A stretch of 33,706 nt of DNA. Source: a virus. The position numbers and the translations under genes are program-made. Location: the IMG/VR virus record IMGVR_UViG_3300045988_059196. One strand, 5' to 3'. Positions 17,669 through 28,026 of this stretch are shown here, piece by piece. The notes below the pieces were generated by a model that did not search any database, was not told the origin of the DNA, and worked only from the letters and a program-made list of their open reading frames with translations. How positions within the stretch are numbered: the stretch's first letter is position 1; each line of letters starts with the position of its first letter.

Positions 17669-20600
17669 TGGCAAACGGCGCAGACGGCTCTATTATCATT
17701 GATACCGGGCTGGACAATACTGGCTTTGAACGCGGCTCCCAAAGGATGCAGCAGGCCATCCGGGGAGTAACGCAGGCGATCAACCAGTCCGGGCGTGCGG
17801 CTGCAAATGGTATGCAGCCGCTTTTTTCTGCCTGTCAGCAGGCAGGAAGCGCGATTAACGCCGCCGCGCAAAGTGCTGAAACAATGAACTCCCGACTGTC
17901 CAGCGCGGTATCTTCGTCCGATTTTGGAAAAAGCATGAGCGCGGCAGAACGCTCCTGTGCGTCGCTGGGCAATCAGCTCCAACGTCTTGCTGACAGCGAA
18001 CGGATGGGCATCAAGACGGATGCTCAGATGATGCGCTTCCAAGTCAACGTGGATAAGGCAAGGGACAGTGCTACACAGCTGGAGGCAGAATTGCAAAGGC
18101 TGGGTAGTCAGCAAGTCACAACGCCTGAGTATGAGCAGCTTGCGGCTTCCGCACAAAAAGCCGAACAGGCGCTTTTTAGGCTGTATGACCGCCGCGACGT
18201 AATGGAGCAGCTGGGAACCAGTAAGACTTCCCGCGAGTGGCAGCGTCTTGAAATCCAGATTCAGAACGCAGAATACGCGCTGGAATCCTATGAACGCTCT
18301 ATGCAGTCCATGCAGGCGAACGGCACAGCTTATGTAAACGGCGCGGATACAACACAGTATCAGGAAATGTCCAGTGCGCTGCGGGATATGCAGGCACAGC
18401 TCGCGGGCTACGAGCAAACTGCCGCAGGGTTTGATGTGATTTCTGACCCTGCTGCAAGCTCCGAAGCCTCCCTCAGACGTGTTGACTCCGAACTTCGGCA
18501 AAAGCCCGAAGATGCAAGCGCCGCAGGTAGTGCTATGCAGAAGTTTGGAAACGTACTGAAAAGCGCGGCTTCTACCGCTCTGCGCATGAATGCGGCACTG
18601 GCGAAAATGGTCTTTAAGGGCGTAGCTACCGGTGCAAAAGCAGCGGTGAACGGGCTGAAAAAGTTTTTCAGCAAGACAAAAGAGGGCGTACTCAGCTCTC
18701 AGGGACTCGTGAGGTCCCTGACAAGTCTGAAAACCATCCTGCTTTCGAGCATCAAGAGCACGTTCATTTCAGGCACCATCCAGTCCATCAAGGCATGTAT
18801 GAGTTCCCTCGCGCAGTATTCCTCGGCATTTAATGCTTCTATGTCGAGCATGAAGAACGCTATGAAAGGGCTGTCCGCCAATTTGGCCGTTACCTTTGGC
18901 AATCTGGTAAACGCCGTCGCACCCGCGATTTCCACAATTATCAGTTGGATTTCAAAGGCAATCTCCTATCTGAATGCTTTCTTCGCTCTGCTGTCCGGCA
19001 AAGGCATGGTCACGGTCGCCAAAAAGCAGACCGATGACTACGCCAAAAGCCTCGGCGGCGCAGCAGGAGCGGCGAAAGAGCTGAAAAATGAGGTCTACGG
19101 CTTTGATGAACTGAACAAGGCTTCCTCCACCGATTCAGGCGGAGGCGGCGGCGGGAGCAGCGCGGGCGACCTGTACGAAGATGTGCCTATTGAAAGTCTG
19201 CTTCCTGAATCCGTGCAGAACTTTTTCACCTCCCTCAAAACTGCCTTTGAAGCGGGTGACTGGGAGGGCATCGGCGAAATCGTCGCTGGCGGCTTGAATA
19301 GCATCGTAACCGCAGTTGATGACTGGATTGTGACGGTACAGCCGCTTGCCGTAGAATGGGCAAACCGAATTGCCCTGATCCTGAACGGCCTTGTGTCCGG
19401 CTTCGACTGGGCAAACCTCGGTAAGCTGATTTCTGATGGCTTGAACCTTGTGTTCAGTACGCTCAACACCTTCCTCAGCACGTTTGACTGGGCTACACTG
19501 GGCGCAGGGCTGGCCGCGGGGCTGAACAGCATCTTTGAAAACACCGACTGGGCGACCATCGGCGCGACGTTCGCCAACAAATGGAACGCGCTGATTAACG
19601 CCATCGAGGGTTTTGTCACGACCGTCAACTGGCAGCAGATGGGCGTGTCGATTGGAACAGGTGTGCAAAGCTGGTTTAACACCATCAACTGGAGCGGCCT
19701 CGTTACCTCCGTCAACGCAAGCATCAAGGGCGTTTTCAACGCAATCACCAGCTTTATGCAGTCCATTCAGTGGGCAGACGTGGGCAAGAAAATCGGCGAT
19801 ATTGTCAACGGCCTCGACGTTGCGGGAATGATTGCAAGCATCACGACATCGCTGAACACGTTCGTATCGAGCGCGTTCACGCTTGCAAATATCATTCTGA
19901 CCTCTGTGAAGTGGGAGGATCTCGGCAAGCAGTTTGCGGGCATTGTGAACGGTCTCGACATCGAACAGTGGCTCACCGACTGGGGCACGTTCATTTCCAA
20001 CTTCACCAAATCCGCAATGGATGCCGCTATCGGATTCATCGAGGGGATTGATTGGACAGAACTCGGCACTGCACTCTACAATGCCGTGACGGGCTATTAC
20101 GAGTCGATTGACTGGGAAGGTCTCGTCTCCCGCATGTTTGAGCTGCTGGGCGCGGCTATCGGCGGTGCTACGGCGCTGATTGCTTCTCTCGCGTCTAATA
20201 TCTGGGACGGCATCAAGCAGGCGTGGGAAGATGTAAAGACGTATTTCGGTGAGTATTTCGATGAGTACGGCGGAAACATCATTGCCGGTCTGCTGGCGGG
20301 TATCCTGAACGCGATTCTCGACATTGGCACATGGATTTACGATAACATCTTCAAGCCCTTTATTGACGGATTCAAGGCCGCGTTTGGCATTGCCTCCCCT
20401 TCCACCGTTATGAAGGAACAGGGTGGCTTCATCATTGAGGGTCTGCTGGGCGGACTGACGGAGGGCTGGAAAGCCATTCTCGAATGGGTTGAGGGAATCG
20501 TCGCAGACTTTGCCGGATTTTTCAGCGGCCTGTGGGAGGACATCAAAGGCGCGGCTTCCACGGCATGGGAGGGCATCAAGGATACCGTCTCCGGCGTTTG

Positions 20601-21816
20601 GGACGGGCTTTCCAAAAGTGCGTCTGAAACATGGGAGAGCATCAAAACTACTGTTTCCGACACATGGGACAACCTGAAAGACGCCGCAAGTGAAAAGTGG
20701 AAAGACGTTAAAAGCACTATTTCCGGCGTATGGGATGACCTGAAAGGAGCCGCGACGGACGTATGGAGCAGTGTTAAAACTACTATTTCTGACACATGGA
20801 ACAATCTGAAAGATGCCGCAACCGAAAAATGGAACGATGTTAAAGCCACTGTTTCTGACGTGTGGACTGGATTGCAGGGGGCAGCATCGGAAATCTGGGA
20901 AAGCATCAAAGGAACAGTTTCCGGCGTATGGGATGACCTTTCCAAAAGTGCAACGGAAACATGGGATAACGTCAAGCAAACCATTTCCGATACATGGGAC
21001 AACATAAAGTCCGGCGCAGAAACCGCATGGACTAATACGACGGAGTTTCTTTCCAACACATGGGACGGCGTGAAGTCTACTGCGGATACCGCATGGCAGA
21101 ACGTCAAAAACACCGTTATCGGTTGGTTTACCGGCACACGCGACGAAGCGAAGCAGGTTGACTGGAGCGGCGTCGGTGAAGGTATCACTAACGGTACAGA
21201 GGGTGGTATCACTGGACTTTGGAGCGACTTCAAGAGCCGCGTCGTCAGCAAGTTCAAGAGTCTCGTGAACAGCGTCAAAAGCGCGCTGGGCATTGCGTCC
21301 CCGTCGAAGGTTTTCAAATCCATTGGCGGCTTCATGATGGAAGGTCTGAATGACGGCATCGTGAACGAAGAAGATGCAGTTTTCAAGACGATGGGCAACC
21401 TTGCGAGCTCTATCGCCGATTCCAGCATCAGCGCCCCGGACGTTGAGATGACAAGCAACGCAGTTGTATCCGGCATGGACAGAGTTGCAAACCGACTTTC
21501 TGACATTGCCGCGACCTTTATGCAGATTGCGTCCATGCTGACCGCCGCTGGCGGCTTCTACGCGCCCGCTGTGGCGGCTGGAACGGTAATCCCGTACAAG
21601 ACAAGGGTAGCCGCTGAAAGCCCGTCTGCGGGCGATTCTGACCCCCTTACGGCGTTCACGACAAACTTTGACGAAACCATGTCCGACCAGCGCGACCTTC
21701 TGCGCGAACTGATTGATGTTCTGCGTGGCAAGAACCTGACGATTGACGGCGAAAGCCTGATGAAAGCTCTGAATTATCTGCAAAGATCGCAGATTAGAAG
21801 TTATGGAGGTGCATAA
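17668..21816 (+). CDS. Tape measure protein (1382 aa)
   Basis: Length, position, and helical low-complexity sequence with periodic Trp and DW..LG repeats. Confidence 0.92.
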   Translation: MANGADGSIIIDTGLDNTGFERGSQRMQQAIRGVTQAINQSGRAAANGMQPLFSACQQAGSAINAAAQSAETMNSRLSSAVSSSDFGKSMSAAERSCASLGNQLQRLADSERMGIKTDAQMMRFQVNVDKARDSATQLEAELQRLGSQQVTTPEYEQLAASAQKAEQALFRLYDRRDVMEQLGTSKTSREWQRLEIQIQNAEYALESYERSMQSMQANGTAYVNGADTTQYQEMSSALRDMQAQLAGYEQTAAGFDVISDPAASSEASLRRVDSELRQKPEDASAAGSAMQKFGNVLKSAASTALRMNAALAKMVFKGVATGAKAAVNGLKKFFSKTKEGVLSSQGLVRSLTSLKTILLSSIKSTFISGTIQSIKACMSSLAQYSSAFNASMSSMKNAMKGLSANLAVTFGNLVNAVAPAISTIISWISKAISYLNAFFALLSGKGMVTVAKKQTDDYAKSLGGAAGAAKELKNEVYGFDELNKASSTDSGGGGGGSSAGDLYEDVPIESLLPESVQNFFTSLKTAFEAGDWEGIGEIVAGGLNSIVTAVDDWIVTVQPLAVEWANRIALILNGLVSGFDWANLGKLISDGLNLVFSTLNTFLSTFDWATLGAGLAAGLNSIFENTDWATIGATFANKWNALINAIEGFVTTVNWQQMGVSIGTGVQSWFNTINWSGLVTSVNASIKGVFNAITSFMQSIQWADVGKKIGDIVNGLDVAGMIASITTSLNTFVSSAFTLANIILTSVKWEDLGKQFAGIVNGLDIEQWLTDWGTFISNFTKSAMDAAIGFIEGIDWTELGTALYNAVTGYYESIDWEGLVSRMFELLGAAIGGATALIASLASNIWDGIKQAWEDVKTYFGEYFDEYGGNIIAGLLAGILNAILDIGTWIYDNIFKPFIDGFKAAFGIASPSTVMKEQGGFIIEGLLGGLTEGWKAILEWVEGIVADFAGFFSGLWEDIKGAASTAWEGIKDTVSGVWDGLSKSASETWESIKTTVSDTWDNLKDAASEKWKDVKSTISGVWDDLKGAATDVWSSVKTTISDTWNNLKDAATEKWNDVKATVSDVWTGLQGAASEIWESIKGTVSGVWDDLSKSATETWDNVKQTISDTWDNIKSGAETAWTNTTEFLSNTWDGVKSTADTAWQNVKNTVIGWFTGTRDEAKQVDWSGVGEGITNGTEGGITGLWSDFKSRVVSKFKSLVNSVKSALGIASPSKVFKSIGGFMMEGLNDGIVNEEDAVFKTMGNLASSIADSSISAPDVEMTSNAVVSGMDRVANRLSDIAATFMQIASMLTAAGGFYAPAVAAGTVIPYKTRVAAESPSAGDSDPLTAFTTNFDETMSDQRDLLRELIDVLRGKNLTIDGESLMKALNYLQRSQIRSYGGA
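20533..21126 (+). repeat. 18 consecutive 11-aa (33-nt) Trp-phased repeats inside the tape measure gene
   Basis: TGG codons at 20533+33k for k=0..17, several verified by hand (WEDIKGAASTA, WEGIKDTVSGV, ... WQNVKNTVIG). A higher-order 44-aa (132-nt) similarity is also visible. Confidence 0.9.
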
Positions 21817-21818
21817 GC

Positions 21819-22214
21819 ATGTCTGCAAAAGGTGTTTTCAAAATCAACGGGCATGACTACGCCCCATATGTCAAAGCTAAAACCGGGCTGGGCTGGGCGC
21901 GTGAGAACACCAACGATGAGGATGCGGGACGTGACGCTGGAGACGTGATGCACCCCAACGTAAAGTCTCATCAGCGTAAGCTGACGCTAAAGCTGGGGCC
22001 TATGCCGTTTGAAACGGCGCAGCAGCTTGAAGCCGACTTGCAAGGCGGTGACGATGGCGTATCGGTGCAATACCCCGACCTTCTGGACGGGGTATGCACC
22101 CGCCTGTTTTACAACACCTCGATCACAGCGGCGATTGAGCGGTTTACTGATGAGGGTATTAAGCTGGACGATATATCCTTCACGCTTATCAGCGTTAAGG
22201 AGGCGACGGTATAA
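21819..22214 (+). CDS. Small tail tip protein (in the distal-tail position)
   Basis: 131 aa, immediately after the tape measure gene, TAATG-coupled to the next gene. Function assigned by position only. Confidence 0.35.
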   Translation: MSAKGVFKINGHDYAPYVKAKTGLGWARENTNDEDAGRDAGDVMHPNVKSHQRKLTLKLGPMPFETAQQLEADLQGGDDGVSVQYPDLLDGVCTRLFYNTSITAAIERFTDEGIKLDDISFTLISVKEATV

Positions 22215-25200
22215 TGCAAAGCCGCCCTGACAACTGGGCGGCGGTATTCGCCGTCCCGCACATCACTGAGTATCGTTTTCTGATTGGCGGCAGTGAGTAT
22301 CGAGAATCCGACATTCAGGGAACGCCTATCATTGAAAAGCCTCTCATGCAAGAACCGTGTATCGGGCGTTGCTGCACGGGTTCTCTGACCCTCGCCGTGC
22401 GTCCGCATGTCGGTGAAACCATCCCAAAAGCGGCTTGCGTACAGGCGTTTTGCAGGCTGAAAAGCCGAAACGGAAATACGGTCACGGACTGGGTAAAGCA
22501 GGGCAAATACTGGGTTTCCCGGCGTTCTACCTCTGGCAGTCTGGTAACGCTGACCTGCCGCGACGGCATGATGCTGGCCGGACGTACCTACCTCGATAAA
22601 ACGCAGTATACCGTCTGGCCCGTGGCTATGGCAGACGTTTTCAACGAGATTGTCAGTCTTATGGGTGCAACCGTTGACTCGCGCACGGTCATCAAAACAG
22701 GCGGGGACTACAAAGTCGCATATCCTAACGAGGATGTGCTTATGTCGGAAATTCTTTCCATGATTGCCGCGGCGCACGGCGGCAGCTTCGTCATGACAGA
22801 AAAGGGCGAACTCAGGCTTGTACAGTACCCAGACACCGATTCACCTATACAGGCACTCGGCACAGCGTACATGCAGTATACCCCTCTTTCAACCGGCAAG
22901 AAAAGCATATCGCGCATTACGCTGACAGATTCAGCGGACAACCAGTTTACCTACGGCAATGACAGTGGTATCGAGCTGGCGGCGGGGTGCGAATATGCTA
23001 CACAGGAAATGACGGAGAGGATAGGCGCGAGCTATTCGCTCAAGAGCGGGGTGCTGTTCGTATCAGACGGTGCTCTTTCAAACGGCGTACTTACACTTTC
23101 CGACGAAAGTGCTCTGCAAGGCAGCGTTATCGTTCTCACTTCCAAAACAGGGCTAATCGGGCGCAGTTTTATCCCCTACGAACTTTCGGGCGCGTATCTC
23201 GACCCGCTGCTCGAAGTAGGAGACACCTTTTCCGTCACGCGAAAGGGCAAAACTGTTCTTCTGATTGCCGCGTCAATCAGCATTCGATGCAATCCTTCTT
23301 TTGTCTGCGACCTGCAAAATGGCGTCGCTGATGACGATGAGGACGAAGTACCGTATGTCAGCGCCGCAGAACTACAAGCAAAGCGCTACGTCAGCACGGG
23401 AAAAAGTTACTTCGGCAACCGCATCAATCGCAAGGAGGGCTTCGTCAGTGAGCTACTGCACGATGGCGCGGTCGCCGCCCGTTTGATTGCCAATGCAACG
23501 ACCTTCTCCATGCAGCGTTACCACGACGGCGCATGGCAAGACTGCATCTACTTCGACGGAATTGAACAAAAGTATCGCCTGACTGGCGATGTCACGGTTG
23601 AGGGCGCAATCACATCGGTTGACCTCGCTACCAGCGGCAAAACGGTCATCAACGGTGATAACATTACGACTGGCACACTGAACGCGCAGCTTGTCAAAAT
23701 CAGCGGGTCACGGGATTTCTACTGGAACAATGACAACATCTACCTCATTGACCCGACCAGTGGCCAGCGGCAGATCCGCATCGGTGCATTCGACGGAACG
23801 AACCTCGGTATCGGCTTCACGAAGGATGGCGGCAAGTCGTGGTCTACCGCCCTTGATTTCGACGGTCTGCACATCAACCAGCAGGACGAATACTCCGGCG
23901 TGACGCTGACTGCCACAAGCATTGCTTTCCCTGCGGCGGCAGACGGAACGGTAACAGGTGAAAAGACGTTCACGAGCAATGTTACGGCATACACGGGCAA
24001 AACCTCCGTCGCGCCGACCGTTGCAAGCGTGACGGGTGCCCCAAATGGTATGACCGTTACCATCGGCACGGCGCTGGAAAGCAAAGAAGTCCCCATCACA
24101 ATCACCGTAGCCGATGGCGTAACGTTGGGCAACGCAGATTCCCTCAACGGAGTACTCAACGTGAACGTTACCTCCCCTGTTGTCATGACTCTTCGCATCA
24201 ACTGGTGCAAGGTCAACACTGGCGCAAAGGGTGCAGACGGAAAACCGGGCAAAGACGGGACAAATGGCAAGGATGGCACAAACGGCAAGGACGGTACAGA
24301 CGGCACAAATGGCTATAATCAGGCGATCATCACGCTCTATCAGCGCCTCGCCTCCACCCCTGAACCTCCCACCGCTGTAACAACATACACCTTTGCAACC
24401 GGCGAACTGGCGGGAGACATGGGCGGCTGGAGCCGAACCGTACCAGATGGCGAAAACGCATGTTACACCACATGCGCCGCCGCCATTTCCACAGAAGCGT
24501 CCATCGCCATTCCCGCCTCTGCATGGACTACCGCTACTAAGCTGGTGGAAAACGGCACAAACGGTGCAGACGGAAAACCGGGCAAAGACGGGACGGACGG
24601 TAAGAACGGTACGGACGGCACGAACGGCTACAATTCCGCCGTCGTTTATCTGTACAAAAGAGCAGAAAGTGCCCCGGACGCACCTGCCAGCGCACTTCTG
24701 TACACCTTCGCCACCGCATCCCTGACAGGTACATTGGACGGCTGGACACAATCTTTGCCCGACGCGGACGGCAATCCGTGCTGGGTCATCCAGTCCCAAG
24801 CCGTGGCGCGAACGGCAACCGTATCCGTCTCCGTCTGGACAGCCCCGATAAAGCTGGTAGAAGACGGCGAGGCAGGTGCAAAAACCTACTATCAAAGCAC
24901 CCCGCCCACCGACGCAAGGGAGCAGGATCTCTGGATTGATACGGATGATAACTGCAAGTTGTATCGCTACGACGGGACAGAATGGCAATCCGTACAGGAC
25001 ATGAACATCCCGCAAATCCTTGAGCGGCTCGTTTCCGTCAACACTACTTTCTCTGTCTTGCAAGACTCCATTGAAAGCAAGGCGGAAAAAACCTACGTCA
25101 CGAACCAATACGATTCACTAATTAAAACCTTCAACAGTACTCTGACCCAGACCGCGCAAGCCCTGCAAGCGGAATTTGAAGCGACTGCGCAGAACGCCGC

Positions 25201-25492
25201 GGGTAGCGTAGATACTAAGTACTCTACGCTAATTCGCGCAAGTGGTGACGGCGTGGAAATCGGCAAGTCCAACAGCGCTTTCCGTACCTTGTTGACAAAC
25301 GAACGGCTCTCATTCATGCAGTACAGCGGCACGGTTGCAACAGAAGTCGCATACATCAGCAACAAAAAGCTGTATATCACCGACGCGCAAATCACAAACA
25401 GCCTCGCTATCGGTGCACAGGGCAAGAACACGTTCGTATGGGCAAAAACATCCAACGGTCTTTCCCTGCGCTATGTAAGCGCGGAAAGCTAA
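22214..25492 (+). CDS. Large tail tip / Tal-like structural protein with collagen-like repeats
   Basis: 1092 aa. Two G-X-Y runs, a duplicated module, and the fibre motif YYQSTPPTDAREQDLWIDTDDNCKLYRYDGTEWQ seen in Gp58-type minor structural proteins. Confidence 0.7.
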   Translation: MQSRPDNWAAVFAVPHITEYRFLIGGSEYRESDIQGTPIIEKPLMQEPCIGRCCTGSLTLAVRPHVGETIPKAACVQAFCRLKSRNGNTVTDWVKQGKYWVSRRSTSGSLVTLTCRDGMMLAGRTYLDKTQYTVWPVAMADVFNEIVSLMGATVDSRTVIKTGGDYKVAYPNEDVLMSEILSMIAAAHGGSFVMTEKGELRLVQYPDTDSPIQALGTAYMQYTPLSTGKKSISRITLTDSADNQFTYGNDSGIELAAGCEYATQEMTERIGASYSLKSGVLFVSDGALSNGVLTLSDESALQGSVIVLTSKTGLIGRSFIPYELSGAYLDPLLEVGDTFSVTRKGKTVLLIAASISIRCNPSFVCDLQNGVADDDEDEVPYVSAAELQAKRYVSTGKSYFGNRINRKEGFVSELLHDGAVAARLIANATTFSMQRYHDGAWQDCIYFDGIEQKYRLTGDVTVEGAITSVDLATSGKTVINGDNITTGTLNAQLVKISGSRDFYWNNDNIYLIDPTSGQRQIRIGAFDGTNLGIGFTKDGGKSWSTALDFDGLHINQQDEYSGVTLTATSIAFPAAADGTVTGEKTFTSNVTAYTGKTSVAPTVASVTGAPNGMTVTIGTALESKEVPITITVADGVTLGNADSLNGVLNVNVTSPVVMTLRINWCKVNTGAKGADGKPGKDGTNGKDGTNGKDGTDGTNGYNQAIITLYQRLASTPEPPTAVTTYTFATGELAGDMGGWSRTVPDGENACYTTCAAAISTEASIAIPASAWTTATKLVENGTNGADGKPGKDGTDGKNGTDGTNGYNSAVVYLYKRAESAPDAPASALLYTFATASLTGTLDGWTQSLPDADGNPCWVIQSQAVARTATVSVSVWTAPIKLVEDGEAGAKTYYQSTPPTDAREQDLWIDTDDNCKLYRYDGTEWQSVQDMNIPQILERLVSVNTTFSVLQDSIESKAEKTYVTNQYDSLIKTFNSTLTQTAQALQAEFEATAQNAAGSVDTKYSTLIRASGDGVEIGKSNSAFRTLLTNERLSFMQYSGTVATEVAYISNKKLYITDAQITNSLAIGAQGKNTFVWAKTSNGLSLRYVSAES
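24221..24862 (+). repeat. Tandem duplicated module: collagen-like G-X-Y run plus a ~75-aa domain, two copies
   Basis: G-X-Y x11 at 24221-24319 and x9 at 24554-24634. gcagacggaaaaccgggcaaagacggga is shared verbatim. Following domains align (LYQRLASTPEPP...WTTATKLVE vs LYKRAESAPDAP...WTAPIKLVE). Confidence 0.9.
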
Positions 25493-25507
25493 GGAGGACA
25501 AAGAACT

Positions 25508-27565
25508 ATGCCGTCAGTGGTCTTTTCATCGAGCAGTATTTCCCCGACCAACTCCTACCGAAAACGCGGAAATACTGTAACCGCTTCTTTTTACCAGAGC
25601 AGCGGCAACCTCCCCGGCGCGGGCAGTTCCATCCAGAGTGTGGTCGTGTCGTTCTCCGACATCACGGTCTATTCACAGACAACAGCCGGATTCTCGACAA
25701 ACTACTTTGAGGTCAGCCTCGACCTTGACAGCGCAGGTTCTCAGACGCAGGTCGCGTACAGCGTCAGTTCCGCACTTCTCAATTTCACGGGCGGCAGTAT
25801 CACCTTTACGGTGTGGGGCGGCGGCAGCAGCACGAGCAACGTCCTAAACGTCCGCACTGGCTGTACAATCACCATCACCATCAACTACTCCGCCGCTTCC
25901 AAGTCTACCGGCTACCTCAGCGCGTCCTCCATCGCGCAGGGCGGCGCAATCGGACTGACTCTGAACGCTTATGAGGACAGCTATTGCCACATCGTGCGCT
26001 GGAGCCGTGACAGCACTCACGCACAAACGCAATATCTGGGCGCGGGAATAAGCTACACGTCGATAAACATACCGACGAGCTGGCCGACCGGCACGGCATA
26101 TGCGCAGCTCGAAACATACACGGATGACAGCTACTCATCCTGCGTGGGCACAGAAGTCTATTCATTCACCATCACGGTTGACCCTGCGAGCGTTGTGCCG
26201 ACCGCGGGTACGCTGTCAGTTGCTCTGGTACAACCCGCAACCGTCCCATCAAACTGGGACGTATATGTAAAAGGGTACAGCACTGCTAAGCTGACACTAA
26301 GCGGCAGTTCTCCGGGCAGCGGCTCGTCCTACAAGGCCATCCTGCTTTCCTGCGGTTCTCAGCAGAAAAGTTCGCAAAGTGAAACAACCTTTACGACGCA
26401 TGCGCTGATGGAAACTGGGATGCTGACGTGTAAGGCAAAAATTACGAATGCCTACGGCAACGCAGCATCAGCAACGGACAAAACGATTACCGTCTACGAC
26501 TACTTTTCCCCGATTTTCGCGTCTCTTGCGGCGTACCGATGCACCGGCAACGGCACACCAAGCGACACAGGCGCATACATCAGCGTAACCGCAAGCGTGA
26601 CAATCGCAAGCGTGAACGGCAAAAACAGCCTTGTCACCCTTCAAGCGCAGTATGCTCCTGCCGGGTCCGATACATGGAGCACCGCGCAAGCTATCACCAA
26701 CGGATCCGCAACCGTCATCGGCGGCAGCATCAGCGGCACGGGCGGCTATCAGGTACGGGTTACGGCAATCGACGGTCTACAAAATCAATCCGGTAGCTAC
26801 TCTCAGACGACCGTTACCGCGCTAACCTCCGACCATGTTATTTTCTGCATGGACGGCGGGCTGAACGTCAGTGTCGGTATGCAAGGTACGAGACAACGCG
26901 CCCTACAAATTAACGGCGATTGGGACATCTATCACGGTACTACCAAGCTCAATGGGATAATCCCCATCAGCCGGGGCGGGACAAACGGAACAACGGCCGC
27001 CACCGCGCTGTACAATCTGATTAACGCGCTATCCGCCGTCACTCCCGTAGCCGCAGACAGAATCCCCTTCATGGATGCGGACGGAAAGACAGCAGGATAT
27101 GTAACACTTACAAACCTGCTGACAGCGCTCGGTTTTTCCAGCGGTATCCTCCCGCTTGCAAAGGGCGGTACGGGGGCGAGTACCGCCGCAGGAGCCAGAA
27201 GCAATCTGGGCATCACACCTGCCAACATAGGCGCGGCGAAAACATCACACTCACACAGCGGCAATGACATCACAGCAGGACAAATTGATTCGGCGCGACT
27301 GCCTTTCAAGTGCGCGTGGGGCACGACATACGTTACAGGCGTTTCATGGGCTACCGTTTCCTACTCAAGCGGCTCAGGCGCATCGAACTTTTCATCAACG
27401 CCAGTCGTAATCGTGTCGTATGGTGACGCGGCTAACGGATCCAGCTCTTACGGCGTAAACTCCCTTAAAACGCAAGCCATCACAAGCAGCAACTTTCAGG
27501 TATGTATGTCGGGTGGTTCGGGTTCGGGCAGCCGCGAGGTACACTGGATTGCAATCGGCACATAA
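25508..27565 (+). CDS. Tail fibre / receptor-binding protein (DUF859-like N-terminal part, fibre C-terminal part)
   Basis: 685 aa, Ser/Thr/Gly-rich. Fibre motifs ISRGGTNGTTAATALYNL, LAKGGTGASTAAGARSNLGI, HSHSGNDITAGQIDSARLP, and C-terminal EVHWIAIGT. Confidence 0.75.
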   Translation: MPSVVFSSSSISPTNSYRKRGNTVTASFYQSSGNLPGAGSSIQSVVVSFSDITVYSQTTAGFSTNYFEVSLDLDSAGSQTQVAYSVSSALLNFTGGSITFTVWGGGSSTSNVLNVRTGCTITITINYSAASKSTGYLSASSIAQGGAIGLTLNAYEDSYCHIVRWSRDSTHAQTQYLGAGISYTSINIPTSWPTGTAYAQLETYTDDSYSSCVGTEVYSFTITVDPASVVPTAGTLSVALVQPATVPSNWDVYVKGYSTAKLTLSGSSPGSGSSYKAILLSCGSQQKSSQSETTFTTHALMETGMLTCKAKITNAYGNAASATDKTITVYDYFSPIFASLAAYRCTGNGTPSDTGAYISVTASVTIASVNGKNSLVTLQAQYAPAGSDTWSTAQAITNGSATVIGGSISGTGGYQVRVTAIDGLQNQSGSYSQTTVTALTSDHVIFCMDGGLNVSVGMQGTRQRALQINGDWDIYHGTTKLNGIIPISRGGTNGTTAATALYNLINALSAVTPVAADRIPFMDADGKTAGYVTLTNLLTALGFSSGILPLAKGGTGASTAAGARSNLGITPANIGAAKTSHSHSGNDITAGQIDSARLPFKCAWGTTYVTGVSWATVSYSSGSGASNFSSTPVVIVSYGDAANGSSSYGVNSLKTQAITSSNFQVCMSGGSGSGSREVHWIAIGT

Positions 27566-27582
27566 AGGAGGCGCGGTGCATC

Positions 27583-27783
27583 ATGGATAAAATCAAGTCT
27601 ACTGCGCAGGCGGCGGCAGTCGTCCGCGCAATTAAAGACGCTCTGAACCAGCTCATTGTGCAGGGGCGTGATAACTGCTATATCGTCGTGGCGTGCGATA
27701 ACGACCTTAACGCCCTTGCCGCGTATTTGCACGATGAGATTGACAAGGAGAATATTGTAAACGGAAAGGAGAACGAGGTATGA
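27583..27783 (+). CDS. Hypothetical protein (66 aa)
   Basis: RBS AAAGGAGG upstream of ATG 27583. Coupled to the next ORF. Confidence 0.5.
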   Translation: MDKIKSTAQAAAVVRAIKDALNQLIVQGRDNCYIVVACDNDLNALAAYLHDEIDKENIVNGKENEV

Positions 27784-28013
27784 AAGCGGTAAGTGTTGAA
27801 CCCGTCGCCAGACGAACAGCGGACGGAAAAACGGTAGTCCGGGCGCTCATTGTGGCAAGCGAAACGCCCGAAACGCTCCCGACGACGGGGCAAGACATCG
27901 AGGGGATGAACGCTGAGCAGGTGTTCGCCCCTTTTTCTATCCTGTACGTTACGGCTGACACGGACGAGAAGGTGTATATCACCAACGAGTCCGGCGTGTT
28001 CGTACCGCAGTAA
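27780..28013 (+). CDS. Hypothetical protein (77 aa)
   Basis: ATGA coupling; fills the gap in the tail module. Confidence 0.5.
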   Translation: MKAVSVEPVARRTADGKTVVRALIVASETPETLPTTGQDIEGMNAEQVFAPFSILYVTADTDEKVYITNESGVFVPQ

Positions 28014-28026
28014 GGAGGCACGCACA

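Noticed and set aside
19135-21828. 897-aa minus-strand ORF, plus 20337-21536 (399 aa)
   Set aside because: Both are antisense shadows of the tape measure gene. The repetitive sense sequence keeps the antisense frames open, and neither has motifs or translation signals.
25508-27565. A second VR elsewhere (for example in the fibre gene) targeted by the same TR
   Set aside because: Scanning by eye for the invariant TR segments (ctggtggttggcttctgc, gcgaatcgcgccccc) found only the one VR. A computational search should confirm this.
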